Positions 9,674-26,000 of a DNA stretch of 64,000 nucleotides are shown here, piece after piece. The DNA lies in the NCBI GenBank assembly GCA_965214835.1, contig CBDCCK010000002.1:2944001-3008000 (forward strand), written 5' to 3'. Position numbers and translations under genes: made by a program. The stretch is from Nitrosopumilaceae archaeon. GTDB taxonomy: Archaea; Thermoproteota; Nitrososphaeria; Nitrososphaerales; Nitrosopumilaceae. The stretch's first letter is position 1. Each line of letters opens with the position of its first letter. Below the pieces are notes generated by a model. That model saw only the letters and a list, made by a program, of their open reading frames with translations, was not told the origin of the DNA and made no database searches.

Positions 9674-11209
9674 ATGAGATGGAGGCTACCGGTTCTCGTC
9701 TTTGCGCTCCTGCTCCTGATAAACCTGTCCGTTAGCCATGGGGCCCCCGACGTGACAGACGGCAAGAGGGCGTTCCTTTACGCGGAGAACCTGGCGCTGA
9801 ACGGAAGGCTGGGGCTCGCGCTGAACCTACCGTCTGCAGAGACCGAGGTCTTCCCATCCCACAGCATAAGGAGCATGGAAGAGTCGCTGCAGATAGTGGC
9901 AGACAGGTCCTACAACATCCTAGAGCCCGAGGGGGCCACCAAGGAGGAGTACATAGAGGAGTTCATGGAGCAAAACAGTGACGAGTTCTACTACCAAGTG
10001 CCGCTGGTTCTGCCCGTACTGGCAGCACCCCTGTATGTGGTAGCCGAGGCTGTCGGCGCGGTGCCGATCGAGTTCGTCCCGCTCTACCTGAACTCGGTCA
10101 TAATCGCCGTCTTTGGGGTGGTACTCCTTGCCATTGGGCGGGAGATGTTCGGCTCGGACAGGATCGGGTTCGTCATGGCCCTTCTGCTTGGCCTTACCAC
10201 GTTTATGTGGCCGTACGTCTCGAGCATGTTTTCCAGGCCGCTTGCCGTCATGCTCCTGTTCCTCGGCCTGTACCTAGTTCTGTACTGCAAGAACAGGCCG
10301 GGCATCCTGCTTCCGGTTCTTGCCGGCACCGCCATCGGATTCTCGTATATAGCGCACCCCAACCTACTCACCCTGGCTCCTGCCGCCGTGGCCTTTGGCG
10401 TGTTCCGGTTCAGGAGGAACAGGAGGCAGATCATCGCCCTCATCTTGGTCTCCATTGTAATGATCGGCTTCATGGCCCTTCTAAACCAGTACAGGTTCGG
10501 CGCCGTCGACGCGTTTGGCTGGCATGTAAAGCCGATACAGCATAATATTGGCAATGTTGTCACCGCCGACATTCGTCTAGGAGGCTTTGTAGACCTGCTG
10601 ATCAGCCCTAGTGACAGCGTGTTCCTATACGTCCCGCTGATCGTGTTGCACCCGCTAGGCCTGTACTACATCTACAGGAAAGACAGGGCCCTAGCGCTAC
10701 TCCTAGTATATGTTACCGTGGTGACGTACATGGCCACAGCCAACGTACTTGCGTGGAACACGCTAGGAAACGGCTGGGGGCCCCACAGGTACCTGCTGCC
10801 TCTGGTTCCCGGAATAGTAGTCTCTGCCGGGGCGGTGGTCGCAAGGCATTCGCACTCGCTAAAGGCGGCGGTGCCGGTGGTAGCCATGGCATGTGTGGGA
10901 TTTTACACAAACCTGCACGGCGCCCTAGTGTTCTTTCTCTGGTACAGCTCGTACCTGACCAGGGAGCTCGGCGTGACCGACATAGTTTCTGCGATACGCA
11001 GACTCGAGCACTCTGTCATCCCCATAATCCAGAGGATCATAGAGGAGGGGTACGTCCACTCACATACGGGATGCCATGTAACGCCCTACTACTATTGCGA
11101 GTACGGGATCTGGGCCGTGGCCGTCCTTGGCGCGCTGATCGCCATTTCCGGGTTCATGATACTGCGTTTGCTCGGGATCCGGACTCTGCGGCCGGTAGTG
11201 AACCGGTAG
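9674..11209 (+). CDS. Multi-pass membrane protein, GT-C/ArnT-PMT-like glycosyltransferase
   Basis: Many TM segments, WGPHRYLLP motif; ATG 9674 preferred over 9545. Confidence 0.7.
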   Translation: MRWRLPVLVFALLLLINLSVSHGAPDVTDGKRAFLYAENLALNGRLGLALNLPSAETEVFPSHSIRSMEESLQIVADRSYNILEPEGATKEEYIEEFMEQNSDEFYYQVPLVLPVLAAPLYVVAEAVGAVPIEFVPLYLNSVIIAVFGVVLLAIGREMFGSDRIGFVMALLLGLTTFMWPYVSSMFSRPLAVMLLFLGLYLVLYCKNRPGILLPVLAGTAIGFSYIAHPNLLTLAPAAVAFGVFRFRRNRRQIIALILVSIVMIGFMALLNQYRFGAVDAFGWHVKPIQHNIGNVVTADIRLGGFVDLLISPSDSVFLYVPLIVLHPLGLYYIYRKDRALALLLVYVTVVTYMATANVLAWNTLGNGWGPHRYLLPLVPGIVVSAGAVVARHSHSLKAAVPVVAMACVGFYTNLHGALVFFLWYSSYLTRELGVTDIVSAIRRLEHSVIPIIQRIIEEGYVHSHTGCHVTPYYYCEYGIWAVAVLGALIAISGFMILRLLGIRTLRPVVNR

Positions 11210-11769
11210 TGATCCCCCTCCGGCGTCCGATCCGAGGTATGTTTCAGCCGGCTGAAAAAAAACAGTCTTCCCAAAAGTTCCCCAAAGCGGCTTCAAACTC
11301 GAAACGGTTCTCAATCGCAGACACTATGCGCCACACCGGCACATCACGGCGCATCACTGACGCGGCCGCGCTGCCGGAAGTTCTGCCACGTGAGCCTGCG
11401 CCCCAGTATCCTCTCTGTCTCAGACACGTCGTCCCGGAGAAAGTCCCGCAGTCGGCGCCTGCCTTGGGGAGGTGGCGGACATGGATGTTATGGGAGTTGT
11501 TGTGTGATTCGATTTATCCTGTATAATTTGCTCATTTTCCAAGTCATTACATCTAGATCACGTCCAATGTGGGGATGGCGTGTGGAAATTTCAAGCATTT
11601 TGGCGAATTACGCAGCATCTATGTTAAAAACACCCGTCGTAGAAACGACGATGTTCCTAGTTTCTTCTGATCCACGCCTACTTGATCGTGGCCCACTTTA
11701 GCTGACGCTGGTTGCACGATGCAGTCGCGCTTGCCTTCTCCCGGTGCGGTCATGTCATATCCTCCCAGA

Positions 11770-11987
11770 TCATTGGGTGGGTGGTGGGGCAGGAGGTGAG
11801 TCACCGCAGGCGGTTTCTTTCCTCCTGGTCTTGACGGATCAGAAGCTGCAGTCATCTATCAGTGCGCGAAGCACAGGAACACAGCAGCTCGGATATCCCC
11901 ATTCAACCTCGAGTGCGCTGAGCACATGTCGCGTAAGGGGTTGATCCATCACCCTGACTACGGCGGTGGTGTTTTTATCACGTGCTC
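11770..11987 (-). mobile_element. Non-autonomous IS110 derivative (218 bp) retaining both ends and the bridge-RNA-like region
   Basis: Right end TCATTGGGTGGGTGG and about 155 bp of left-end sequence shared with 6405-7780; no transposase. Confidence 0.85.
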
Positions 11988-12215
11988 AACCCCCATGTTA
12001 TGATGCCAATCTTGCGCATCCGGCATTTGTAGATGATCCTGCACACATAAAATTGAGCTTGCCGCGCGTCTTCTCAAAAGTAACCCAAGCCAACGCATTC
12101 TGACCAAGGCAGATCAGTTAGGCACAAGTCTGCATGCAGATATAGCCTGCATTCCTGACAGGTGGATGGGACGTGGCCTCGTACGCTAAAATAGATCTGC
12201 GTCACATCCCAAACA

Positions 12216-12635
12216 TTGGATGACAGAAAACTAGAGGTGCACTTTGGGGAGGTAGGGGCAGTTCTGGGGTTGCTAGAGGAGTACGGCTCAGAATCAAGGT
12301 TTTTGTGGCTTCGGGAGATCGACAGGCAGACCGGAATCGACAGGGGGCTGCTGCGCAACATCCTGAATCACCTCAAGAAGACCGGGGAGGTAATGGAGAT
12401 GCACGGCCAAAACAAGAGAATCTTTTTTGCGCTAAAAAAATACTACGTGCAGTGCCATGATGCAGAATCAAAGTCCAAAGAGGGGGCTTCCTCAGGCAAG
12501 TACAGCAGGGCCAGGGGCCTGAGCAGGACGCAAAAGTCAGCAGAGAGGACCAGAAAAAGGGCCGAGAGGCAGCAAAAAAGGCGCGAGGCAAAGCTGTTTT
12601 CTCGCGCAAGGCACAGGAGAAAAGTCAGCTCCTAA
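12216..12635 (+). CDS. Hypothetical protein, possible winged-helix N-terminus with very basic tail
   Basis: LREIDRQTGIDRGLLRNILNHLKKTGEV resembles a wHTH. Confidence 0.55.
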   Translation: MDDRKLEVHFGEVGAVLGLLEEYGSESRFLWLREIDRQTGIDRGLLRNILNHLKKTGEVMEMHGQNKRIFFALKKYYVQCHDAESKSKEGASSGKYSRARGLSRTQKSAERTRKRAERQQKRREAKLFSRARHRRKVSS

Positions 12636-12759
12636 AGCTTGGATGCGCGCCGGGGCGTGAAAAAATGAAATCGTCGTACATTGTCGTGCATAGCGTCCGC
12701 TGGGTCGTGATTTAAAATGAATCATCGCGCATAGTCTCTATGTAAATGGCTGAACCAGT

Positions 12760-15745
<2,986 letters not shown>

Positions 15746-15897
15746 GGCAAATTCAGCCACATATTACACGACTATGCACGACGATCATCGGGTGCAGTCC
15801 AGGGAGGACTGCCCCCTACATCCTTCATACATCACTTTCATGATGCATTGCATCTGATGGTTTTTTGTGAAGACTTGTGCACCCGGCACAATTTCTA

Positions 15898-17368
<1,471 letters not shown>

Positions 17369-17643
17369 CCTAGTCGCTTATGATTATTGAAAGTACAGTT
17401 GTACTTGGAATTGAAACGGATGCACTTTGTCTTCACGATTCAGAACTGACCGCTTGATCAGAACCTCATGTTGTATGCGAAACTGGAGGCTTGCAAATCA
17501 CAAAATGGCATACTGCCATACTTTCATCACAAGCGCCGCTCTTGCGTTTCGTATGCAGAGTGTGGAATTGGTCAAATACATATAAACCATCGCAAAAATT
17601 ATCGATCTGTAGGCGGAAAGCTGTAAAATTTGACGGTGAAAAA

Positions 17644-18963
17644 ATGGAAAAAGACCCCCTAATTGCAAAATACAGGAGAAAAACCCCGAAATCAGCAAGA
17701 CTATTTGCCAAATCCGCAAAATTTCACATCAATGGCGTAAGCCACAACGTCCGGTTCTTTGAGCCCTATCCCTTTGTCACTAGATCAGCGAAGGGCAGGT
17801 TCCTGACAGACGTTGACGGGAACAGGTTTGCAGACTATTGGATGGGGCACTGGAGCCTGATTCTGGGACACGTCCCCAGTCAGGTAAGGTCTGCAGTGAG
17901 TGGGCAGCTTGCAAGGGGCTGGATGCACGGGACGGTAAGCGAGCCTACGATAAGACTCTCAGAGATGATTCAAAAGGCGGTTCCGGTCGCAGAAAAAATC
18001 CGTTATGTCACCTCCGGGACGGAGGCTGCAATGTACGCAGTCAGGATTGCGCGCAGTGCGACCCGAAGAAAGACGATTGCAAAGATCGACGGTGGGTGGC
18101 ACGGATACACCTCTGACCTGCTAAAGACTGTCAACTGGCCGTTTTCAGAGCCGGAGAGCAGCGGGCTGGTGGATGAAAAGCACATCGTCTCCATCCCGTA
18201 CAACGACTTGGAAAAATCAACTGCAATCCTGGACAAGGTCAGGGGGGATCTGGCAGGGGTAATCATCGAGCCGGTGCTTGGCGGGGGCGGGTGCATTCCG
18301 GCCACGCAAGAGTACATGAGGGGAATCCAGGAGTTTGTCCACGGGAACGACTCGATGTTTATCCTCGATGAAATCGTGACGGGATTCAGGTTCAGGTACG
18401 GCTGCCTGTATCCCACAATGGGGCTAAGGCCCGACATCATCACGCTGGGAAAGATCGTCGGCGGGGGATTCCCGATAGGGGTAATCTGCGGGACGGGGTA
18501 TGTCATGAAGCATGCAGACGCCGGCAGGCTTTCAAAAAGGCAGAGGTCATATGTCGGAGGCGGGACGTTTTCTGCAAATCCCGCATCCATGGTCGCGGGA
18601 TTCGAGACGCTCTCAAGCCTCAAAAAGGAGTCATCCAGGATTTATCCAAAGATTGACGGCATCGGAGGCAGGGCAAGGGATCAGCTGGCCAGGATTTTTG
18701 ACGGCCGGGTGGTGACGACCGGAAGGGGGTCGCTGTTCATGACACACTTTACCCGCGGCAGGACCGATGAAATCACGGATGCCGCCCAGGCAGCAAGGTG
18801 CGATTCCGGGCTACTTTACCGGTATCACCTCAAGATGATGGCAGAGGACGGCATATTCTTCTTGCCCGGAAAGCTGGGGGCCGTATCCTATGCGCACGGC
18901 GACTCTGACCTCAAAAAGATGACGGCAGCCTCGCAGGAGTTTGCAGAGACCAATAAGCTTTAG
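17644..18963 (+). CDS. Class III aminotransferase, glutamate-1-semialdehyde aminomutase-like
   Basis: [45 protein letters not shown]. Confidence 0.9.
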   Translation: MEKDPLIAKYRRKTPKSARLFAKSAKFHINGVSHNVRFFEPYPFVTRSAKGRFLTDVDGNRFADYWMGHWSLILGHVPSQVRSAVSGQLARGWMHGTVSEPTIRLSEMIQKAVPVAEKIRYVTSGTEAAMYAVRIARSATRRKTIAKIDGGWHGYTSDLLKTVNWPFSEPESSGLVDEKHIVSIPYNDLEKSTAILDKVRGDLAGVIIEPVLGGGGCIPATQEYMRGIQEFVHGNDSMFILDEIVTGFRFRYGCLYPTMGLRPDIITLGKIVGGGFPIGVICGTGYVMKHADAGRLSKRQRSYVGGGTFSANPASMVAGFETLSSLKKESSRIYPKIDGIGGRARDQLARIFDGRVVTTGRGSLFMTHFTRGRTDEITDAAQAARCDSGLLYRYHLKMMAEDGIFFLPGKLGAVSYAHGDSDLKKMTAASQEFAETNKL

Positions 18964-18986
18964 AAGCTGCCAGTCCAAGAAACATC

Positions 18987-19130
18987 ATGGATAAAAAACC
19001 AGACAAGATGAAAAGCACCGAGGACGAGCACGACGAGGCCGTGGCAGGCGAGGATCCAACACAGGTATCCCGTGAGGATCTGGAGGGCTTTGCCAGAGAG
19101 GCGGTAAGGAAGTTCAAGTCGATGGGCTAG
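18987..19130 (+). CDS. Small hypothetical protein (47 aa, MDKKPDK...AVRKFKSMG)
   Basis: Read by hand; fills the gap between two co-oriented genes. Confidence 0.6.
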   Translation: MDKKPDKMKSTEDEHDEAVAGEDPTQVSREDLEGFAREAVRKFKSMG

Positions 19131-19141
19131 GGTTATGCAGG

Positions 19142-19963
19142 ATGGGACTTTTTGGCGGCAGGGAGGATCCGGAGGATCTGATGTATCACGCGATGGACAT
19201 GATGGAGAAAAACCAGCCAAAGGCGGCCGTGTCCCTGTTCAGCAAGGTACTCAGGCAGGATCCAAGGAACGTCTCTGCGCTGTACAACAAGGGACTGGCG
19301 CTGAACCAGATCAAAAAGTATGCCGATGCCGTGACCTGCTTTGACCTGGTTTTGGAGCAAAACCCCGTGGATGCGCCCGCATACAACAACAAGGGAATAG
19401 CGCTTGCAGAGATGGGCAACGCCCAGGATGCGGTCGAGTGCTATGACAGGGCCATAGAGGCCGATCCAAAGCATGCGGCATCCTACTTTAACAAGGGGGT
19501 GCTCTTTGACAGGCTTGGGGATCACGAGGGGGCACTCAGCTGCCTGGACGAGGCAATAGCGATCGATTCCCGAAGGGTAAACTCCCGGTTTTACAGGGGC
19601 ATTGTACTTGGAAAGATGAAGAGGCACGAGGAGGCCCTCAACTGCTTTGAGAAGATATGCGAAAAGCATCCAAGGAACCGGGACGCAAAGCTCCAAAAGG
19701 GAGTCCAGCAGGCGGAGCTTGGAGAGCACAAAAAGGCGGTTCGCGTCTTCGATGAAATCCTAGAGGAGTACAAAGACAACGCCCACGTCATGTATGCAAA
19801 GTCCCGAAGCCTTGCGGCGCTAGGAGAGGACGCGAGATCCATGAGCCTGCTAGGGGACGCGATTGCAAAGAACCCAAAGGTCATCAGAAGGATGGCAAGA
19901 GATGAGAGGATCTTTGAGAAATACCACACCTCTGACCGGTTCAGGAGGATGGTAAAGCTCTGA
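19142..19963 (+). CDS. Tetratricopeptide repeat protein
   Basis: Repeated ALYNKG/AYNNKG/SYFNKG 34-aa units. Confidence 0.93.
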   Translation: MGLFGGREDPEDLMYHAMDMMEKNQPKAAVSLFSKVLRQDPRNVSALYNKGLALNQIKKYADAVTCFDLVLEQNPVDAPAYNNKGIALAEMGNAQDAVECYDRAIEADPKHAASYFNKGVLFDRLGDHEGALSCLDEAIAIDSRRVNSRFYRGIVLGKMKRHEEALNCFEKICEKHPRNRDAKLQKGVQQAELGEHKKAVRVFDEILEEYKDNAHVMYAKSRSLAALGEDARSMSLLGDAIAKNPKVIRRMARDERIFEKYHTSDRFRRMVKL

Positions 19964-20114
19964 GGGTGGCGCCTCGGCCTTTGCAGGCAGCAATCCCGTG
20001 CGCCTGGCTTGCCGGGGCAGAGACGGTACGGCTGGATCCAGCATTGGAAAGGAGTGTCAGGCGATTCCCAGGCACAGTGAAGACAAATACATGATCGCCG
20101 AATCCGGCAGCAGG

Positions 20115-20819
20115 TTACAGGATTTTGCCCCTGACCGCATCGACTCTGATGGTTGCGGTTCTCCCTTTGGGACCAAACAGTACTGCCTCATAGACTGGAA
20201 CGTAGATCCTGTCTATCTCCCGGACGATGGTCTCCTCAGACAGGTCACGTATCTCATCACCAAGCCCCGGCCTTAGCCTCAGGGTCAGCTCGGAAATCAG
20301 GTCGTCCTCAGACAGTGTCGACTCGATTATGGCAGAGTCGTGCCCGTCTAGTACCCTGTGGGGATAGTGCTCCACCGTCTTGGAGTTTACCCTAAAGGTA
20401 AGCTTGATTTCCTTTCCACCGGTGTCAAAATAAAACTTGCCCTCATCCTCCACATGTACGTGCTCTTCAACCGGCAGATCCACCTTGTTCTTGCCCAGCT
20501 TGCCAGAGATCCTTTTGCGAAACGCTGACCTTGTCCGGATTGGAAATACGCCGCCTCCAAAGACTACCTCATCTACATTTTTGTCAACGGATATGGTGTG
20601 CGATGCCTTGCGAAAATAGTCGGCCTCATATCCTCCCGAAATCGAGGTGATGCACTCGTAGTTCAGCGTGGAGGACTCGATGCGAACGTCCCTGCGCTTT
20701 GGCTTTCGAAGCATCGAGCGGAAACTGTCTGCCTTTTTTTCCTCAACTAGTGCACAAAGATCGTCCTCGGTGATTACCTTTTTTAAGACTATGGTCTTGC
20801 TTTCAAATTTCCTTTTCAA
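20115..20819 (-). CDS. Conserved hypothetical protein
   Basis: 234-aa ORF with IYVPVYE ... VDAVRG C-terminus typical of archaeal hypotheticals. Confidence 0.8.
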   Translation of the reverse strand: MKRKFESKTIVLKKVITEDDLCALVEEKKADSFRSMLRKPKRRDVRIESSTLNYECITSISGGYEADYFRKASHTISVDKNVDEVVFGGGVFPIRTRSAFRKRISGKLGKNKVDLPVEEHVHVEDEGKFYFDTGGKEIKLTFRVNSKTVEHYPHRVLDGHDSAIIESTLSEDDLISELTLRLRPGLGDEIRDLSEETIVREIDRIYVPVYEAVLFGPKGRTATIRVDAVRGKIL

Positions 20820-20875
20820 CTGTATTCAGAAGGCAGGATCGATCTAATAAAGTAGCTGAAAAGACTGGTCTGCTG

Positions 20876-20993
20876 ATAACAGGTTAGCCCCTGCCTAGGC
20901 AGCAATCAGGCATGAGTCTGCCTGCAGTTGTGATTTTCATGCATGACAGGTAGGGGACGTGACTTCAACTCTAGGCAGGGGCTAACCTGTTAC
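20876..20993. mobile_element. MITE family A (118 bp)
   Basis: TIR GTAACAGGTTAGCCCCTGCCTAG (first base variant); six copies in window. Confidence 0.9.
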
Positions 20994-21206
20994 GAAGAAA
21001 GTAATGAATAAAGACAAATTCCTCAATTTGATTGAGAATTCGTTGTTAGACGAACAAAAAAATGAGAATCTAGCAAACCTAATAGAGAAAAATTGTATAG
21101 CGAAATGATAAACAAATACATGAATAAAACCTAGGAAAATCATTTCAAAAAACCAAACATGATGCCTAACAACTCAGCAACAGATCCTGCTACCGAAATT
21201 ATTACT

Positions 21207-21600
21207 AGACCTTATGCGTAATCGCTTGGATCAAAGCATTCGCATGAGGCCATGTCCACTTACCGGCCATGCGTGAAAATCACAGTTGCAAACTCGTGCC
21301 TAACTTTGCCTGCATGAATAAAATGAGGGCGATAACGGAGTCGTAACGACTAACCTATCCCACGATGAGATGATTTTAATTCCACCTGCGCCTATCGATT
21401 ACATTCTTCAGTAAAAACTTGAAGGTTTTCGACATCATCCAGGCTGACGCCCCGGATCGCCTTTAGGATCCAGTCCGGACTAGGCGTACGGCAACTATAC
21501 GCGCCGCCCTTAAATGCATTTTGTCGGCGATTCTGCAAAATCCTCCTCTCAGACATGAAATATAGAACGCGCAGTGCGTCGATGTGGTCATACACTGCGT
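21207..21600. mobile_element. Nested degenerate IS/MITE debris (IS5-type end, MITE core, possible ISH3-like fragment)
   Basis: AGACCTTATGCGTAATCG at 21207; GAAAATCACAGTTGCA core resembling MITE A/B; RTPSPDWILKAI fragment. Confidence 0.55.
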
Positions 21601-21770
21601 TGCGACTCTTTTTGAACCCGTGCGGATTAACTTGTGCCGAGTATGTGGCTTTGACATGATGGAACATCACATGTGCGGGGACTGCAGGAGGCCGGTCTCG
21701 TTTGAGTGTAGTACGTGCGGGAACATCACGCCCATCCAGCATCATCCGGTCTGCCGGTGCGGCCTGGATG

Positions 21771-22355
21771 CTACCTGATCTCGGGGTCGCCGCCGGCATA
21801 GTACCCGCCGCCAAAAAGGCGCCAGCCGCCAAAACTGTCCCGGAGCCCGGGAGGACAGAGCCTTTTTGCCGCGAGGTACAGGACGTACAGGAGAACCGCC
21901 GCGGCTGCCACCTCCGATGATATGGAGTAAAACTCCCTGTCAAGCCCTGACAGGAACGGACTGGCAAACTCGGCGGGCGGCCCGATGTATGAAGTCGTGC
22001 CGTCTTGAAGGATGCAGACTGCAGCGGTGCATCGTGGAAAGAGACCCGATAGCCGCTCCATGCCGTCATGCTCGGGGATGCAGACAAATGAGTTGCACGC
22101 GGGGATCCCGCCTGCCGGTGCCGGATCGTGGAATCCGGGCAGAAAGAGCGGAGGGAAAACCGCGTACAGGATGACTAGTCCAAAAAGCCACATGGCAATC
22201 TTCTCCCTGTGTATGGATCCCCAGTTCCACTGCCTGCCGCGGCACCTGCGGCAGCTCTCCATGTTGTCGGTCCTGCAGTCCATGCAGACGTTTTTTCCGC
22301 AGTAATAGCATCTTGCCGTGTCAGACTTTGAGCCACACCTGGCGCACTTGCGCAT
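21771..22355 (-). CDS. Hypothetical membrane protein with N-terminal Cys-rich zinc finger
   Basis: CxxC...CYYC...CxxC...CxxC followed by two hydrophobic segments. Confidence 0.6.
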   Translation of the reverse strand: MRKCARCGSKSDTARCYYCGKNVCMDCRTDNMESCRRCRGRQWNWGSIHREKIAMWLFGLVILYAVFPPLFLPGFHDPAPAGGIPACNSFVCIPEHDGMERLSGLFPRCTAAVCILQDGTTSYIGPPAEFASPFLSGLDREFYSISSEVAAAAVLLYVLYLAAKRLCPPGLRDSFGGWRLFGGGYYAGGDPEIR

Positions 22356-22399
22356 GATCCAGAAAAGGCGTGCAGGACATATTGGTGTTTAGGGCCGGG

Positions 22400-23010
22400 G
22401 CAAAAGACGCGGCCCAAAACCATGATCGCAGACGGCTCACCGGCAGTCCAAAACAATTAAGCCGACGCATCCATATGCAGGGCGAACATCTTGATGAGAC
22501 CCGAATTTGGCGGGGTCTCATCGCAGGAGAACCGTGGAACTCTCCAGCTTGCCGTTGGTCTCCGGGTGATACGGCCTGGAGTTTATCAGGATGATGTCCC
22601 GTGCAAGCAGCTCCTCCTCAAAGAGCGTGGGCTGCCACGTCCCCATGCCGGTGCCGCCCTTGGAGTCCGCCTTTTTTCTGCCGTTCTGTCCTACAAAGCA
22701 CGGGCCGATGTCAGACAGTATGGATGCAGGCGTGCCAAACCGCTCGATCGCCGGCCTGAGCCTCATCACGGCGTTCTCAGAGGTGGCATGCTCAGAGCGC
22801 GGCCCCCGTAATGCACCCTGAGGCATCATCAAGATACGTGGCTAGATAGAGCCCCTTTAGGCGTGGATTCTTCATCTCGTGCCAGCCTGCGTGCCACATG
22901 GCGTTTGAATACCTGCGCTCAAAGCGGACGTATCTTCTCTTTGATTTTGCCGCAGATTGGGCAGTTTGTCTTGACTGTTTTGAGCTTGGCCGTTTTATGG
23001 CAAGACTGCA
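22400..23010 (-). pseudogene. IS481-like (rve integrase core) transposase remnant
   Basis: RFERRY, FGTPASILSD, SRPYHPETNGKLE; frameshifted; boundaries approximate. Confidence 0.75.
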
Positions 23011-23017
23011 TGCCGGG

Positions 23018-26000
23018 CTAGTCTGATACGTGGTATGTCATGGACATCATCCTGTCTATGATCTCCTGCGCCCTCTGCCGCTCTGCGGCCATCGAGTCTG
23101 CCAGCCGTTCTAGCCGGACCTCCTCTGGCAGGACCGCCGGATGCTCGTATGGAATCACGGATCCGGGCTCCCGTATCAGCTGCGACGCATCAAAGACCAG
23201 CACGGCCCTGTCCTGCTCGGCCTGCACGAGTGTCGCAAAGTTGGAGTTCATCCTGTTCATCACCTTCCACGGCACGTCCTGGTGACGCTCAAAGGCGTCG
23301 GGGACGGTCCTGTACCAGGTTCCGTGCGAGTTGCGGGCCCACTCGTTGCCCCACTGGTCGGCCCACAGGTCCGCCAGCTTGTCGGTGCGCTCCAGCTGTA
23401 TGACGGCCGCCTCGTACTGCTGCCCGCGCTTGTATATTCCTGCCGTGTCCAGCGGCACCGGGTTCATAGAGTCTCCCTGTACCAGCAGCCCGTCGTTCAT
23501 ATAGTTCTGCGCGCTCCAGCGCTGCACGTCCATCACATATATGACAAAGGGCTCGTGGTACATCTGCTCCCGGAACAGCAGTCCCTCAATTGAGAGCTCG
23601 ACGCATCTTGTGGGATCGGCGGGGGACATGCACCCGACAAGCTCCACGCCGAGGGCGGCCTCGCCTATGACGTCGTTTGGATCCGTGTATACGGCATCCA
23701 GTATCTCGTATGTAGAGTCTGCAGTATAGTCGCGCCCGAGCTCGACGGTCAGGACGGCCTCGGCGTCGCCTATGGGGGAGCCGACCCCGGGCACCCCGAA
23801 GCCTATCTGGAACTGCTGGACTCCTGCAGCAGAGTGCGCCCTGAGCGTAAAGTCGTGTTTCGTGTCTGTCTGTATTGACTCGCGCCTATAGTCTACGTGA
23901 TAGTCAAGCACGTCGCGGCAGATGCCGTCCATGGAGTATCCGCAGCTTACCATCTGGCCGCCCGTCTGCGGCGATACGCCAAAGGTCGGGGCCGTCTGCC
24001 ACTCGTCATCATTGCCGCCGCCCCTCGAGTCGGGCTTGAATCCGTCGTCCCAGATGCCCAGGCGCATCCAGCCCGAGTCGTCTATCCCCCACACGGCATA
24101 CATGGACCAGTCCAGGTCGCCTGCCGCGTTCAGCTCAATGTCCCCGATGGCCCCGACATACCGGGATGCGGCCTCGGGGAGGGCGGCCCTTATCTCCCCG
24201 GGTTCGGCGTCCCACCCGGCCTCCTCCAGTGCCAGTCCCAGCACCCATATGGTATCGTACATGCCATAGGTATACACGGCAGGCGCGGTGCCAAACTCGT
24301 CGTCGATGATATCCGTCAGGTACCTGTACGCGGGGCTGTCCGAGTCCTCTGCAAAGACGGACGCCTGAAAGTTTGCATCCCTCAGGAACTCGAATACCCC
24401 GGGATCATCGACCAGTGCATTGTCAAGAACCGAGGCATCCGAGCCCATCCACTGTACGGTGCCCAGCACCGGATGGCCGGCCGCCTTGGCCACGAACCGG
24501 GACATCTCCTCCTGCCCTATGAACAGGACGGAGACCCGGTCTGCGCCGGCCTCCTGCACGTGTCCGGAGACTGCCGTCTCCAGCCGTGCGGCCAGGGCCT
24601 CAAAGGCGCCGTCCAGGTCAGGATCGTCCGGATCATAGCTGCCCAGCTCGTCTGCCGTACCGCCGAGCGCCTCAAATTCGGTCACAGCCGAGTTTCTGAT
24701 GCCCTCGCCCCAGATGTCGCCCCTCCACACCACAACCATGACGTCCTTTTCGTACTCGTCCCCGAGCAGGCCGGCAATCACGGATCCCTGCTGCGAGTCA
24801 TCCGGCGCCAGCCTGAAGATGTTGTCGCCCTCGATTGCAAGCGAGGGCGCAGTCGAGCAGCAGCTGACAAGTATCATGCCGTTGGAATCGGCATAATTTC
24901 TTACGGCGTCCAGCTCGGAGCTGCGGACGGGTCCGGAGACCAGCGTTATGTTCGCAGAGTCAAGCGACCGGATCAGGGTCTGCACGTCGGCAGCCTCCGT
25001 ATCATTGATGACCAGCTGGTCGGCGCGCCAGACTGCACCGTTCCTCTCAAGGTATGCGTTGAGGTCCTCGACGGCGGCATTGGCCGCAAATGTGTGGTGC
25101 TCTCCCAGATGGCTGCCCAGTCCACCCGTCTGCGGAATCAGGGCGCCCATCGTTATGTACTCCGCCGGTACAGTCACGGTCCTCGTTGCAATTTTCGTGT
25201 TGCCGGCGTCATCGGTTGCCGTATAGGTCACCGTGTAGGTTCCGGGCCTGTCCGTATCCACCAGTGTATCGTCGACAGAGACGGCGTCTGCATAGTTCGG
25301 ATCGTTGTCGGTGGACGTGGCGCCCGCATCGATGTATGTCGAGCCCAGCGGTATGGTGACCGGATCCTCGCCTGATACCATGATTTCAGGCGGCGTGGTG
25401 TCGCGCACCTGAACGATCCTGGTCGCAGTGACGGGGTTGTTGTTGGGGTCAGTCGCCATAAAGTTGACGATATAGTCACCGCGCACGTTGACGTCTACCG
25501 CAGAGGCGTTGATGTCGACCGTCGAGCCGCCGCTTATGGTGGCGCCCGGATCTACATACGGGTCGCCGAGCTCGTGGGGCCACGGGTTGGTGCCGTTGAG
25601 CATTATCGCATAGAGGGTCACTGCTATCTCAAAGGTCTGTGAATCGGTGCCGCCGCGGCCGTCGTCTACCGTTATTGTAACATCGTGGGTCTGTCCGATA
25701 TCGTCCTGTACGGGCGTCCAGACGATGCTGCCGTTCGAGGTATCAAATACGGCAGCTGCCGGCAGCGTGCCGCGCGATATCGAGTACGCGTGCGTGTCGG
25801 TAGGATCTGCGTCGGTTACCTTGGGCATTATGCTCAGCTGGGCTCCGGGCGTTGCGTTCCGGTCGCCTATGGTTGCCAATACGGGGGCGTTGTTGTCGCG
25901 CGTGACCGTTATTGTTATCGTACCCTGCGCCGTGTTGGTGCCGTCAGATACCGTATATCCGAACGTGTCGGTGCCCGTATAGTCTTGGTCCGGGGTGTAT

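Noticed and set aside
7781-12010. Apparent cross-matches between one IS110 copy's other loop-1 strand and the other copy's flank (TACGCG, GTTATG)
   Set aside because: Six-base matches at inconsistent offsets from the core; likely chance
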